Shown here: piece after piece, positions 12,222-23,439 of the stretch
Layout: the number at the start of each line of letters is the position of its first letter
Position numbering within the stretch: position 1 is the first letter of the stretch
Assembly (NCBI GenBank): GCA_028534125.1
Contig: CM052817.1
Span: forward strand, 2,668,001 to 2,732,000
DNA from: Lama glama
Lineage: Eukaryota
Direction of reading: 5' to 3'
DNA length: 64,000 nucleotides
The notes under the pieces: generated by a model
Seen by the model: the letters and a program-made list of their open reading frames with translations, nothing else
What the model was told of the DNA's origin: nothing
The model's database searches: none
Position numbers and translations under genes: made by a program

Positions 12222-13221
12222 CTAAAACACGTTCAAGAGCAGATGTGACTTGCTCTCCCGCCCCCACCATGTCATAATATTAAAGTGTCCCCATAAGGTA
12301 GAAGTCGAACTGGACTAATCATGCAATAAAATAAAATAAGGCCGTTCCTAAGGCAGAAATCCCTTATAATTAGGGGTCTGCATGAAGACACAAAGCCTTG
12401 AGTGTATCCGTGTATAACAGGACACACCGAAAGCATCAGAGCCCAGAGCAGGTGCTGCGATAAAGCACATGAGACATTGGCACATCAGAGGAGAGTGCCT
12501 GGCTGGGCCACCCTCACCGCTTATCTAGATGAGGATAATGAACAAGGACACTGGGCGGGGGCGGGGCTGTCGAAGATGGCACAGGGACGGGGTCGGGAGG
12601 TCAGCACTCCACCCCCGATCTATCAGTGACTTGCCGTCACTCGTGGGGAGCATCACTCAGCTCTTCTGTACCCACCCCTCGTCTGCAAAACAGGACAGAG
12701 CCCATGACCAATGAGCATGCAGGATGACCTCAGGCACTTTGACTGTTCAACGCGGGCTGGGCAAGTGTGAGGTCCATTATTAAAATCCGTAAGTGCAGGA
12801 CAGGTATTTGGTAGGAGAGGAAAACCAAGGGCCAGGGTTAGATGCTCAGCTCCCTGTCTGCTGTCACAGCAGATTAGACAGTTCAGACAAGAGTTCTCAC
12901 GTCACCAAGAACAACTTACACAGGTGGACTAACACAGAAGCCCCTTCTGGAAGGTGCTGAATAGTTAGTAAGATAATGAAGCACCTAGGCCAGGACCCAG
13001 GAAAGAAGGGGAGCCCGGCCGGCCGGCCAGCCCAGGACCCACACCAACTCCGGCAGGAATGAGTGGTGATCGTTTCAAGCCTAAGACTCTGGGGATGCTT
13101 TGCTACACAGCCACAGGGGACTGATTTTAAAAATACATGGAGATGATGAATCTCTAATTCTGGGAGAAGGGAGCAAGATATGGACCAGGAAGAGTAGAAA
13201 TGAGGGCCAACTACATTAGCA

Positions 13222-13686
13222 CAGGAATCTTGGAGGGACTGCGGGGTTGGGCCCAGAATCCCCCCAACAAAGTGAATTTCACAGTAAAGCGAGTCACCCA
13301 GATCTCCTGGTTTCCCAGTCCACATAAGACTTATGTTTACACTATACTGTGGTCTACCAAATGTGCAATAGCACTACATCTAAAAAAAAGAATACATACT
13401 TCAATTTAAAAATATTTTATTGCTAAAAAATGCTAACTATCACTCATCTTCAGTGAGTTGTAGGAGTTAGGTCAAATGTCACTGATCACAGATCACCATA
13501 ACAAACACAATAATGATGGAAAAGTTTGAACTATAGTGCAAATTACCAAATGTGACTCAGAGACATGAAGTGAGAAAAATTCTGTTGGAAAATGGGGCCA
13601 AAAGACTAGCTAGCCAGGGTTGTCACAAACTTCCAATTTGTAAAAACTGCAGTATTTGCAACGGACAACAAAGCAAGGTACGCTTG
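13222..13686 (-). mobile_element. Internally deleted Tigger1-type DNA transposon (TcMar)
   Basis: Matches both Tigger1 ends (aaagcgagtcac...ggtttcccagt...ttatgtttacactatactgt; cactgatcacagatcaccataac...ctgttggaaaatgg...). Transposase region absent. Confidence 0.8.
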
Positions 13687-14183
13687 CAGCGCTTCATCTC
13701 TGAGCCGGTGCGGGCACACAGGTGTTTGCCATCACTTTCTTTTTACATCTTACAAAATGGATCTCCTTTTTGGAAGTATATTTTCTGTACTTTAATTTTT
13801 CATATATTAAAATATCTTTAAGCTTATTCTAAAAAGCACGGTAATTTAGTAATTAATGTTCAGTTGTTTTAAATTAAACATTTCCCTTTTGTTTTCTTGA
13901 AAAAAAATTAGTAACTTGAAAAAAAAAAAAGACCACGACAAAGAAGGGAAAAGTCCTTTTCCATAACACAACCGCCAGCGCTTTTGTGGTTTGAATCCCT
14001 AAGTTTGTCAAAGTACAGGCTGCAGCGGGGGACCTTAGATAGGTGTATTTTGACTTACATCTGCATCAGTATGAAGCTAGAAGGAACACAGGAAAAACAT
14101 GTTGCCTGGAGCAGTCTGGTACCTCCCCTCCCTCACCTAACTTAAATGGGGGTGGGGCCACAGGCATCCTTCTTCAGAGTTAC

Positions 14184-14403
14184 CTTGACCATGCCTTTAT
14201 ACTTCTCTTTAAGCTCCTGGTAAGCCTTGCTGTACTTCATGATGGAGATGAGGGATAGGGTGCTTTTGAATCCACTCTGCCTGCCCTCCACACACCACCT
14301 GGCCAGCTTGGCCAGCAGCTCTTCTCCAAGCCAGGTGGGTTTGGGATAAACAATTCCATCTGAATGCCATCTTTCTGGACAGAAAATTAAAACAGATATG
14401 AAC
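14184..14403 (-). CDS. TRMT44: TRMT44 exon 3
   Basis: ag|GTTCATA...GTCAAG|gtaac; FISVLIFCPERWHSDGIVYPKPTWLGEELLAKLARW...YQELKEKYKGMVK; 220 nt, phase 2->0. Confidence 0.95.
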
Positions 14404-15920
14404 CTTTAAAAATAAGAGAAATATGAATAAGCAGGGCTGGTTTCATTTCTTATTTTTAAATTATACATTTATATTTACCAAAAAGAAAGAAGACAGCTAC
14501 AATTATAAAATATTTTACCCAAAACAGAAAACATCTGGAACTAGTTGCAGAATTTTCATCTACTAGAGAAAAACATATTTAAAAAGCAGGAAAAATTCCT
14601 TTTCTCTTGCAAACGTTAAAAATGCATTTACACACCTCACAAAGCCCAACAGAGGGATGGACAACAATTCTTCTCACCTTCTGCTTCACGCACTGACTGG
14701 CCAGATTCTAAAATGTCTAAGGATTTTCCTAACTTTTCAATGTTTTATACATTTCACATGTGCAACTCAGACATCGAATGCTGGTTCACCAGGTAGAATG
14801 GAACGTGAATACTCCACACCAAATGCACTGAGCACCTGCTGCGGCCGGGCCCCATGCTGGGCCTCCCCAACAGCCCAGCAGACAGCAGCCCGAGTGCTCA
14901 TCCCCCAGCTCCGGCATCAGCGCCCATCAGTGACCCCCAGGCAAACATGGCTTTCTCACAGGGTCTGCCCTTACTCCACACTTTCCAACAAGAGCAGTGG
15001 GATGCAAAGGCCTCGGGGGAAGGTCCTTGGGCAACCTTAGACAACTGTCAAGAAGCTTCACCCTGTAGGTGCTGACTTTCCCATCAAGCTTCCAAGACTG
15101 TAACAGGCTTCCAAGCCCTATGAAGCCCAACCAAGCCCCTGCCTCAGGGGCTCAAAAATTATTAAACCCATTTCATAGGTGAGAAGACCGAGGGCCAAAG
15201 AGACGACATACTCAAGGCCACACTGCTGGGGGGGGAACCCAGGTCCTGTGTGACTCCCAAAGCAAGCTCTCCCACTGGACATCTCGGCTCTTTATGAAAC
15301 TGTGTGCAACGCCCATGTGGGTTAAGCAAACATGATCCTGACGGTTGTTCTTGAAAGCACAGGCCCACGTGGCTCTCTGGAAAGCATCAACCGCAGAGAT
15401 AAGAGTGAATTTACCCTTTTGACTTTTTCACTGAAAAAATACCTAATTGAAGTAAACCAAATTTCACACTTTCTGGACAGGCTCAAACACCACATGGAAC
15501 TCCGGAACGTATTACACTGTTACTTTTACAACGCACATCACTGCACTCCTACCATGTCTAAAACCGCGTGAGCCTCAGCAGGAAATAAAAAAGGAAGCTT
15601 ACACTTACCCCTAACTAACAAGTTGTAAGAAACACTGAAGTAACAAAGGGATAGAGTTTACTTGAACTTGGTGCTAGAACTGAGTGCTACTAACTACCAA
15701 GGCTACACACAGCAGAAGATTCCAGCCAGGCCGTGGCTGTCCAGGCACCACCAGCAGGAACAAAGCCCAAGCTGGGAAACACCAACTAGAAAGCACATAG
15801 CCAGAATGCCCTAGAGAGTCCCTCTCTCCTCAGCGACCTGGCATCTCACAGCTGCCTGAGCAAACAACCGACTGAAACCACGAAACACTGAGAGAGAGGA
15901 ATCAGTTTTCTAGTCCTTAC

Positions 15921-16035
15921 CACTCTCCTTCGCTCTGGCTGAGCTGAATTTGATACACGTTGCTCATCTTAACCTTCAAGTTGCCTTCGTCACCTTCTTC
16001 CAGAGGCAAAAACGTTACTGTTCCATTAAGGACAT
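15921..16035 (-). CDS. TRMT44: TRMT44 exon 2
   Basis: cag|ATGTCC...GAGTG|gtaagg; DVLNGTVTFLPLEEGDEGNLKVKMSNVYQIQLSQSEGEW; 115 nt, phase 1->2. Confidence 0.95.
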
Positions 16036-16601
16036 CTGGGGGAAAGAAGGATAAGGATGATAAATGAAAAGCGCTCAGCTCAGGGTCTCATCAGGAGTGG
16101 TCTTAGAAACAGTGATGAACCCATTATCCTGTCTTCAGCCCCAGAGCTTCTCCCCGCCAGGTTTACAACAGTGATCTTCCCAGTCATTGCTGCCTCCCAG
16201 GCGTACACCTCTGCACCCCTGCTCTGCGCGGCTCGTGGCAGCCATGCTCAGTGGGAGACAAGCGTAGAAAGCAATCCTGGAGAGGCACTCCTTGTTGGGA
16301 GGAGCCCTGCCTCACCAAGAGAAAGGTTTAGCAGGCATCTCCTCTTCAGTGAAGCCAACGTGAGATTGCAGAAGTCCATGTCTGAAGGCCTTGTGGGCCC
16401 TGATGCACTAACCCCTCCATCCAGTAGGGATGAAATGGAGAAGGTGATAAAAGATGGAAGGGCTCCTAAACTAGTCTGGGCACTAGGGTCAGAGAGGGCC
16501 TCCCAGAGGAGGGGACAACTGGGAATAGTCTTGTGAGGACACAGAAGCAGACAGTACGAATAGGGCGGCGAGTACACGCCTACCAGCAATTCAGCGCTGC
16601 T

Positions 16602-16910
16602 TGCGGTGGACAGAAGAGCCTCAAAAGATGCCCACGCCCGAATACCCAGAACCAGTGACTACGCTGTGCCACGTGGCAAAAAGGGACTCTACAGACGTGG
16701 TGAGGGTTACAGACCTCAGAAGAGGGTGTACTCTGGGTTACGTGGGTGGGCTCCATCTAGTCACATGAGCCCGGAAAAGCTGAGAGCTGTCTCCAACTAG
16801 AGGCGGGAGAGGTGCAGCGGGAGAGGAAGTCAATGAGGTTCCAAGTGGGAGAAGGATCAGCACGGCTGCCCGCTGAGATGTAGGGAGGCCCCTACGAGCG
16901 TCCCAGGAGC
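16602..16910 (+). mobile_element. MLT1-type MaLR LTR fragment
   Basis: tgcggtggacagaa...aaagatgcccacgccc...cacgtggcaaaaagggact...gtcacatgagcc resembles an MLT1 5' end. Right boundary approximate. Confidence 0.6.
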
Positions 16911-17171
16911 CAGCCTTTCCACTTATGCCTTTACCTGCTAACTCCTCTGTCACCTAACGTCCAGCACTCCTTCACCTTCTCCCTCGGGCCTTCCAGGCAC
17001 CGCCCCGTCAACGACTCCATCCTCTGTACAGAGGATACACGTTTCTACATGCCTCCTCCAAAAATAATCAAAAACCTACAACCTCCCCAGGGCATTGCAA
17101 GGGAACTGGTATAGTTGGTGCCTCAAGCACCTTTTCACTGACTGCCTGCTTTTTAATCTAATGGCATCTTC

Positions 17172-17715
17172 TGCCAAAGATCCTCCTCTTGACCAAACTC
17201 TAGCCAGGCTCCTCTGAGCCCGGTCTCAACTAGGTTTCAACCTGGGCCTACAGAGACCTGAACAAACACTAGTCCAGTTCCTAACAGCTCAAGGCCATAT
17301 CCCTAAGATGACCTTGGGCCCCTTAAAGTGCCTACATGAGAAAACTCAAAGTTGACAGAAGAACTGACTGCTCCAGCCCACACCTGAAGACCGGCCCCAG
17401 TGTCGCAGCCTCTGTGGGAGGGGAGGATCTGACTTCCATGAGCACCTGTTAGCAAACCCAGATGAGTGTACATGAACCAACCCCCCCAACCCCGCACCTC
17501 TCCTGCTTTTTTGGGTCAATTTTTCACCTTCTTGCCTCCACTGAGACACCCACCCCTCCCCACACCTTCTTTCTCCCTCTAAAAGACCCAGTCACCTCCG
17601 CACAAATCCAAGTGGAATTCAGTTCACGCTGGGGTCCTCTCCCTATTGTTAGTATATTCCTAATAGAAATCTACCCTCGCCACTTTAACCGGCTTCCGGC
17701 TGTTTATCTCTGACC
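17172..17715 (+). mobile_element. ERV1-type solo LTR (MER34/MER39-like) in TRMT44 intron 1
   Basis: Starts TGCCAAAGATCCTCCTCTTGACCAAACTCTAGCCAGGCTCCTCTGAGCCC. Ends with a degenerate polyA signal (aatagaaa) and ccactttaac...tctgac. No clean TSD seen. Confidence 0.7.
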
Positions 17716-17738
17716 CCGCCACCATCAGAAACACTTAC

Positions 17739-18258
17739 CCTGCACGACGATTTCTTTCCTCGGGCCACCAAGCGGGCAGTGCGGGCTCGTTTTCGGGATG
17801 ACGGTTCTGAGAACCACGTCGAGCTCGTGCTGAGCGTCTGGCTGCGATTCGGCCCCGGAGCCGGAGAGGAAGGTTAGCAACTCTCGGTTGCCGCCGGCGA
17901 GACTTCGGGAGAAATCGTCCCAGAGAGAATCCAGATGCGAGGCGGCGAAGTCGCCCTCCCCGGCTCCAGCCTTGCCCGGCTGCTCAGGGGCCCCTGAGAG
18001 CAGGGGCGCTGCGACTGCTTTCCTCTGGGCCTCCCCTTGCTGCCGCCGGCCCTGGGACTCCGTGGGCCCTGCGCTCGGCCCGGGGCCGCGGGCCTCGGCT
18101 GGGGGTAGGGTGGCGCTCCGCCGGGCCTCCAGGCGGACGCCACACAGCCGCTTGTTCGCCACCTGTGGCCTCTCCAGCCACACGGCCACCCCCGCCCAGA
18201 AGCCCCCCGGAAGCAGGGAGGCCGGGTCGCGCACGACAACCCGTCCCAGCTCAGCCAT
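17739..18258 (-). CDS. TRMT44: TRMT44 coding exon 1
   Basis: ATG at 18258 in strong Kozak context (GCCATGG). Encodes MAELGRVVVRDP...FWAGVAVWLERPQVANKRLCG...ELDVVLRTVIPK...KEIVVQ. Donor CAGG|GTAAGT; 520 nt, phase 1; lies in a CpG island. Confidence 0.95.
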
Positions 18259-18500
18259 GGCCTGTTGCACCCAGCGCCCGGCGGCGCGCCGCGATGACGT
18301 AGGCTGCAGCGCGGCGTGTTTGCGTCATGGGGCGGGGCGCTGGGGCCGGAAACGAAGGCGGTGAAGCTAGACCCTCTGCTCTACCTGCTGTCGTTTCCCT
18401 GACAGCGTTCTCCCGGGGAGATCTCGGCTGAAGGATTTAACTTTATTCTCCAGGGATCCATCCAGAGGTGTCGGAGCCGGATAGTAACGTGACCCGAGCT
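18259..18500. promoter_or_regulatory. CpG-island promoter of TRMT44 (possibly bidirectional)
   Basis: CpG-dense. Contains a CRE-like TGACGT (18295-18300), TTGCGTCA ATF/CEBP-like site (18320-18327), GC box GGGGCGGGG (18329-18337) and ETS-like CCGGAAA (~18346). No TATA box seen. Confidence 0.8.
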
Positions 18501-19061
18501 GCGTTTGGAGACTTCTGGAGGTGCTGTATTTATGGAATCATAAAGATCATCCCTGCATCCACCTGATTGTCTCCAGTATTGATTACTGTAAGTCGGGGAG
18601 CCTGCGTTTGTGAATGTTCAGGATTAGTCCTTTTGTGAAAGCTCGCGCTTCCCCGTTTGCATTCTGGTGTGCTTTCTGGTGAGAGCTATAGCCGGTACCT
18701 TAATACGTCTGAGCTCTCCCCTAGGGTGTTTTCTTATGATAGGCGAACGTCAGCTGTCACCTGCGTGTCCCCACGAGGAACAGGGAAGGCTGGGTACTGC
18801 CAGTTTAGGCCAATTATCACCAGCACAGTCTGCGGAATCTAGTTCCAGAATTCCAAGTACCTCGAAGATTCTTTATTCTTTTTGTACATTGGTCCTTCAG
18901 TTGGGATTTTGCCATTCCCTAATCAGAATCAACAAGTGGAAACTAACTCAAATCTTGTGATTTATCGGCGAGAAGAGCAAAGACCAAATGTCTGTGGAAT
19001 TGAGTAAAAGATGAGTGATAAACCTTATAGTCTTTGATCATACAGTTGATTTTCATGCCGC

Positions 19062-19383
19062 TGTATTAGTTTCCTGTGGCCGCCACAACAAATTATTATA
19101 AACTAGGTAGCGCAAAACAACAGAAACTAATTCTCTCACAGATCTTCAGGCTCTAAGAGAATCTGTTTTGTGCCTTGCTCTCAGCCTCTGGTGGGCGCCA
19201 GCAGTTTTAGCGTTCCTGGGCTTGTGGCCACATAACTCTAACCTCTGCCTCCATGGTCACATGGCATTCTTGTTTCTCTTTGTCTCTACTCCCACAAAGA
19301 TCCTATTTTCAGATAATATCACAGGTACAGTGTGTTAGGACTTTGACATGTCTTGTGTCAGGGGCCTAATTCAACTCCCAGCA
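19062..19383 (-). mobile_element. MLT1-type MaLR LTR
   Basis: tgtattagtttcctgtggc...acaacaaatt...aaaacaacagaaact...ctctgcctccatggtcacatggcattct...aattcaac is the typical MLT1 reverse complement. Confidence 0.75.
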
Positions 19384-19793
19384 TGGTCCAAAGATATTTA
19401 GCTTGGTTGGGGCAGCCAAAAGATGAATAATTACAAACGTTACTAGTTGCTAATGTGTGGAAGGACCTGGGCTAAGCACTGAGGATGCGGGGCTAAATAA
19501 GATCCTACCCTTGAGAAACCTTGAGGCCAATGGCAGAGCCAAACAGGTAAGACAATGACCATGGAGTATAAAAAGTACAAGTGTCAAGATGTATGGGGTG
19601 CAGAGGTTGCAGAAGGTTGGAAGTTTTCCCCTCCATGGCTCCTATCTTGAAGGAAAAGTGTTGTGAAAGGAGGACACAGTGACAACTGAGTTTAAAAGAA
19701 CCAACGTACTAAAAACAATTCTGCAAGGAAGTCCTGACTTCAGAAGAACTGGCTGTCCAAATAAAGAGCACAGAACAAAACAGAAAAGTTCCA

Positions 19794-19886
19794 GGGGGTG
19801 GGTATATCTCAGTGGTGGAGCACATGCTTAGGATGCACTGAGGTCCTGGGATCAATCCCCAGCACCTCCATTGAAAAAAAAAAAAA
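19794..19886 (+). mobile_element. Vic-1-like SINE
   Basis: gggggtgggtatatctcagtggtggagcacatgcttaggatgcactgaggtcctgggatcaatccccagcacctccattg followed by poly(A). Confidence 0.88.
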
Positions 19887-20629
19887 GGACTAATAGTATA
19901 GTTCAAAGGGTATAGTTTGTTCACTGTGGGGGAAGAAAATCCCCCCCCACCATGATTCTCATCTCTACAGAGGTCATCACATAGCTACAATCTTTGGTAT
20001 TACCAAAGCCAAGAGCAATGTTTTTCATTAGGGAGTTTGCAATTTATAGGAAAGCAAAATTCCTATATTGCAAAATACAGGAAAGTGTTAGGGGGTTGGT
20101 GTTGGACTGGGCACTGACTTGGGGGCTGTTGTTAGACTGGGCATTCTTGCTTATTTTCATTGAACTTGGGGTGCAAATTGCTTTTGTTTTTTCATTCAGC
20201 TTGTTCTGTAATGTCTGTAATCAAAACAGCAACAAGGCAAGTTACCCATCCACTTGGTTTCTCATGTATAGAAAGAGTGCTGTTTTATTTAATTATGAGC
20301 TCAATTCCTTAAAAGCCTCTAGTTTCTCAGACTTTGTGCCTTTATACTTCTGGGCCTTTTTGTTTCTGGGCCATGACATTTTCCCCTGTCCTGGTCCTGA
20401 CTGATTTGGTCCCTGCAGCTCTGCTGCATGTCACATGGACAGAGCGGAGAATGATCACTGGGCAGAACTCTAGAGGCCAAGGTCTTTGGAGTAAGAGATC
20501 ATAAATTCAGAAGCCAGTGTTAAGGGGGGAGGCGGAAATTCCAGTTCAATGTGGGCTGGTATCCTTGCATAGGATCATGCCAGTTCTTGCCAGAAACTCA
20601 CACACCGAATTAAGAACACAGTTAATCTC

Positions 20630-21066
20630 TTGACTCTTGCCTCCAGTGTCCCACGCAACCTAGTTTCTGCCTTCCTTTTCAAGGTCATTCTCCTTCCCCT
20701 TACCCACTAAGCCCCTACCATAGGGCGCTTCTTGTTTTTGGAACTGGGAAGGTCACTCCTCTCATTCCTGACCTGTTCCTCTGCCTGGAATGCTCATTCC
20801 CTATCTTCTTCCAATAAGAAATCAGATTAAATGTCCTCTCCTCAGACAGGACTTCCCGGCCCCCCAATCAAGTAGCCCCAGACATTTCATCTCTTATTAC
20901 CCTGTTTTGCTTTCTTCTAATTATCCAAACTTCATTGTGTGTTAGCTCCTTCCTCTAGAACACAAATGTCCTAAGTTCGGGACCCCTGTCTGGCTTGTTT
21001 ATGTCCATAGCCCTAGCTTAGTATTTGGCACATAGGAGACACCCAGTGATAATTTCTGAGTGGACA
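20630..21066 (+). mobile_element. Ancient L2 LINE 3' fragment
   Basis: cctctgcctggaatgctc...aaatgtcctctcctcagacagg...ctctagaa...tggcacataggagacacccagt resembles the L2 3' end. Boundaries approximate. Confidence 0.6.
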
Positions 21067-21269
21067 GGTCTCCAGGCTAAGGCAGCGTGTCAGAGAGCTA
21101 TGCGGATAGCAGGGCTGTCAGGACTGTCCCCGGGAGAAGCAGGGCCCTGAGCAGACGCTGCTGGGCGAAAGCTGGCAAGATCCAGGCTTAGGTCGAGGTT
21201 CCAAACCGTGGCTTGGGGTTGGGAGTGGTCTCAGGATAGTGCTATCCTGTAGAACTTCCCGTGAGGGTG

Positions 21270-21662
21270 GGAATGTTCCGCGTCTCCACTGCCCGCCACC
21301 CGCTCGCAGGTTCCGGTGGCCTTTGAGCGCAGAGGCTTCCTGCGTTTCCCAGGCGACGGGGTAGGAGGGAGGGGGTGTGGGGGAGTGGGGGTGGGTGGGC
21401 GGCGCGCCGCGATGACGTTAGCGGCGAGGTGGGGCGGGACAGACAACCCGGCCTGTCCGCGCCTGCGCGTTCCTCTTCCCGGGGCCTTGGCTGCTCCGAC
21501 CAGCTCCGTAGAGCACCTGCTGTGTGTGCTGGGCACTGGGGCGACGCTGCGAGGTCCGAAGGTCGAGCTGCGTTTGCCTCGGGGCGCAGGGGCGGCTCGT
21601 GCAAAGGTCCCGGGGCACACTCGTGTCCGGCGCAGAGGCTGGGAGGGCTGGCTGCCGGGCAG
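21270..21662 (+). promoter_or_regulatory. ACOX3: Second CpG island: candidate ACOX3 promoter and non-coding first exon ending at donor CAG|GTAAAT (21662)
   Basis: CpG-dense with TGACGT, GC box and G-tracts. An ATG-free segment (~21470-21662) ends in a good donor. The first coding exon has an acceptor at 27475/27476 and so needs an upstream non-coding exon. The TSS cannot be fixed from sequence alone. Confidence 0.65.
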
Positions 21663-21705
21663 GTAAATGTGTGAGACTTTTTGAGGACTTCGGACATTGT
21701 CCCCT

Positions 21706-22332
21706 TGATGCAGGAAAAACGGATGTGAGGCATGAGGAGGGCCGTGTCCCAGGCTTTGGTTGAGTCCCTAGGACGTGCTCGGCCAAGTGTGGGTCCTTGG
21801 CTTCGTGCCGGAAAGAATTCAAGAGCGAGCCGCAGTTGAGTAAAGGTGGGTTTATTCAGAAGGATACGTTGAAAGGCAAGAGAAAAGCCACGAGGTGTGG
21901 GGGTTGGGTGCTCAGATTAAAAGTAAGTACACACTCCATAGACAGTGTGGGCCATCTCCGAAGAGGGAGAAAGAGGGGGCAGTGGCCCTCGAGGCACCAT
22001 ATTGCCAGTTTTTATGGGCTCGGTGGCTTCATATGCCAGTAACTGGAAGGACCAGTGTAAGTAGTCTGGGGAAGGGGCTGGGATTCCCAGGAAGTTACCC
22101 ATTTCCCACTCTGACCCTCTGTGGCTAGACTTGGGACTGCCTTGGTGCCTGTGGGCATGCTATTCACCATACTTACATTACAGTGGGCATAGAATGAAGC
22201 TCAAGATCTGCTAGAAGTTAAATCTCTTCATCCTGAGCCTCAAGGCCTCCTGGGGGTTGAATCTTTCACCATTTTGATGTTAATTGCTGTAGCAGTCCTT
22301 GAATGGCTGTGCCCTGCCCCCTTTCTGTCTCA
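21706..22332 (-). mobile_element. ERV1-class solo LTR with 4-bp TSD
   Basis: TG...CA termini flanked by CCCT (21702-21705 and 22333-22336). Minus-strand AATAAA (tttatt ~21851). 627 bp. Confidence 0.8.
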
Positions 22333-23439
22333 CCCTGAGGTCACCAGACAGCTGTCACCTAAAGGGCAAATGGTTGGCTCTGCGTGTTAGGACCGTGTCT
22401 ACAATTGTCTGAAAGCGGCAATTGCCACAGTAATGATATGGACGTTCCATGCTGGGACCTGCTCCGCATGGCCCTGTTAATTAATGGCCACAGCCTGGTA
22501 ACTAGATACCTGACAAGCATTACCGTGTTGTCATCACCCCTGAGGCACCGATTGGTGAAGTGACTTTGCTGCGCTTGCCCAACAGGTTAGCTCTAAAACT
22601 GGGATCCGACACCAGGTGCCTGCCTTCAAGCCCTTGTTTTCACAGCTGGACTATCATGCAGTGATGCTGGTGACCTCCGGTGGCGTTTGACTGCTTGGGG
22701 ACTGGGATTTGGAGTGGGGCGTGCCTGATAACTGCCATTTGACCTTGGGCGGGGGTTTACTTGACTGGCAAGCTCCGTTTCCTCGCCTGGAAGATGAGGC
22801 TGCTTGAGGCTGCCGTGTTGATGAGTTAGTTGCTCGATCTCGATTAGCCACGTGTGAGATTAACATATTCACCACATGCAATGACTGTTTGGTCAACGAT
22901 TGGAGATTATTAGGATAGATTTAATAGGAGCAACGAGAAATGAAGGGATTCAATCGACATTAAAGAGGTGCAGTGGTGAGGGGTGTTGGTAACTAACTGG
23001 GTTATTGGGCACCAGGGAGGGGAGAGTTCCAGGGTGACACTTGGGTTTATAGTGTGACTAACCTTGGGTCACTGGTGGCATTGAACTAGACCTGCAGGAT
23101 GAGAGTATGGGCAGGGGGAGCAGTGCTGAACATTCAGAGTCTGAGGACCTCCAGAATGTGAGAGGGGAGGGGTGTTCAGGAAACTGCCAATGAGCACATG
23201 AGTCTGGAAGCATGGATTTGGGAGCCCTCTGTGCACTGAGACAATTTAAAGAGACGTGATGATGCAGAGCAAGAGTGGCTGAGGGGGACACAGGAGGAGC
23301 AGCAGAGGGAGGGGGCAGGAGAGGAACAGGGATGGGGCCATGTGCAGGAAGTCCAGAAAGAGACAGTTTCCCTTGGACTTCATAGCTCGCATTTGGGGGC
23401 ACTTGGTCTCTGCTCAGAGCTGTGCCTTACTTAAAGCTT

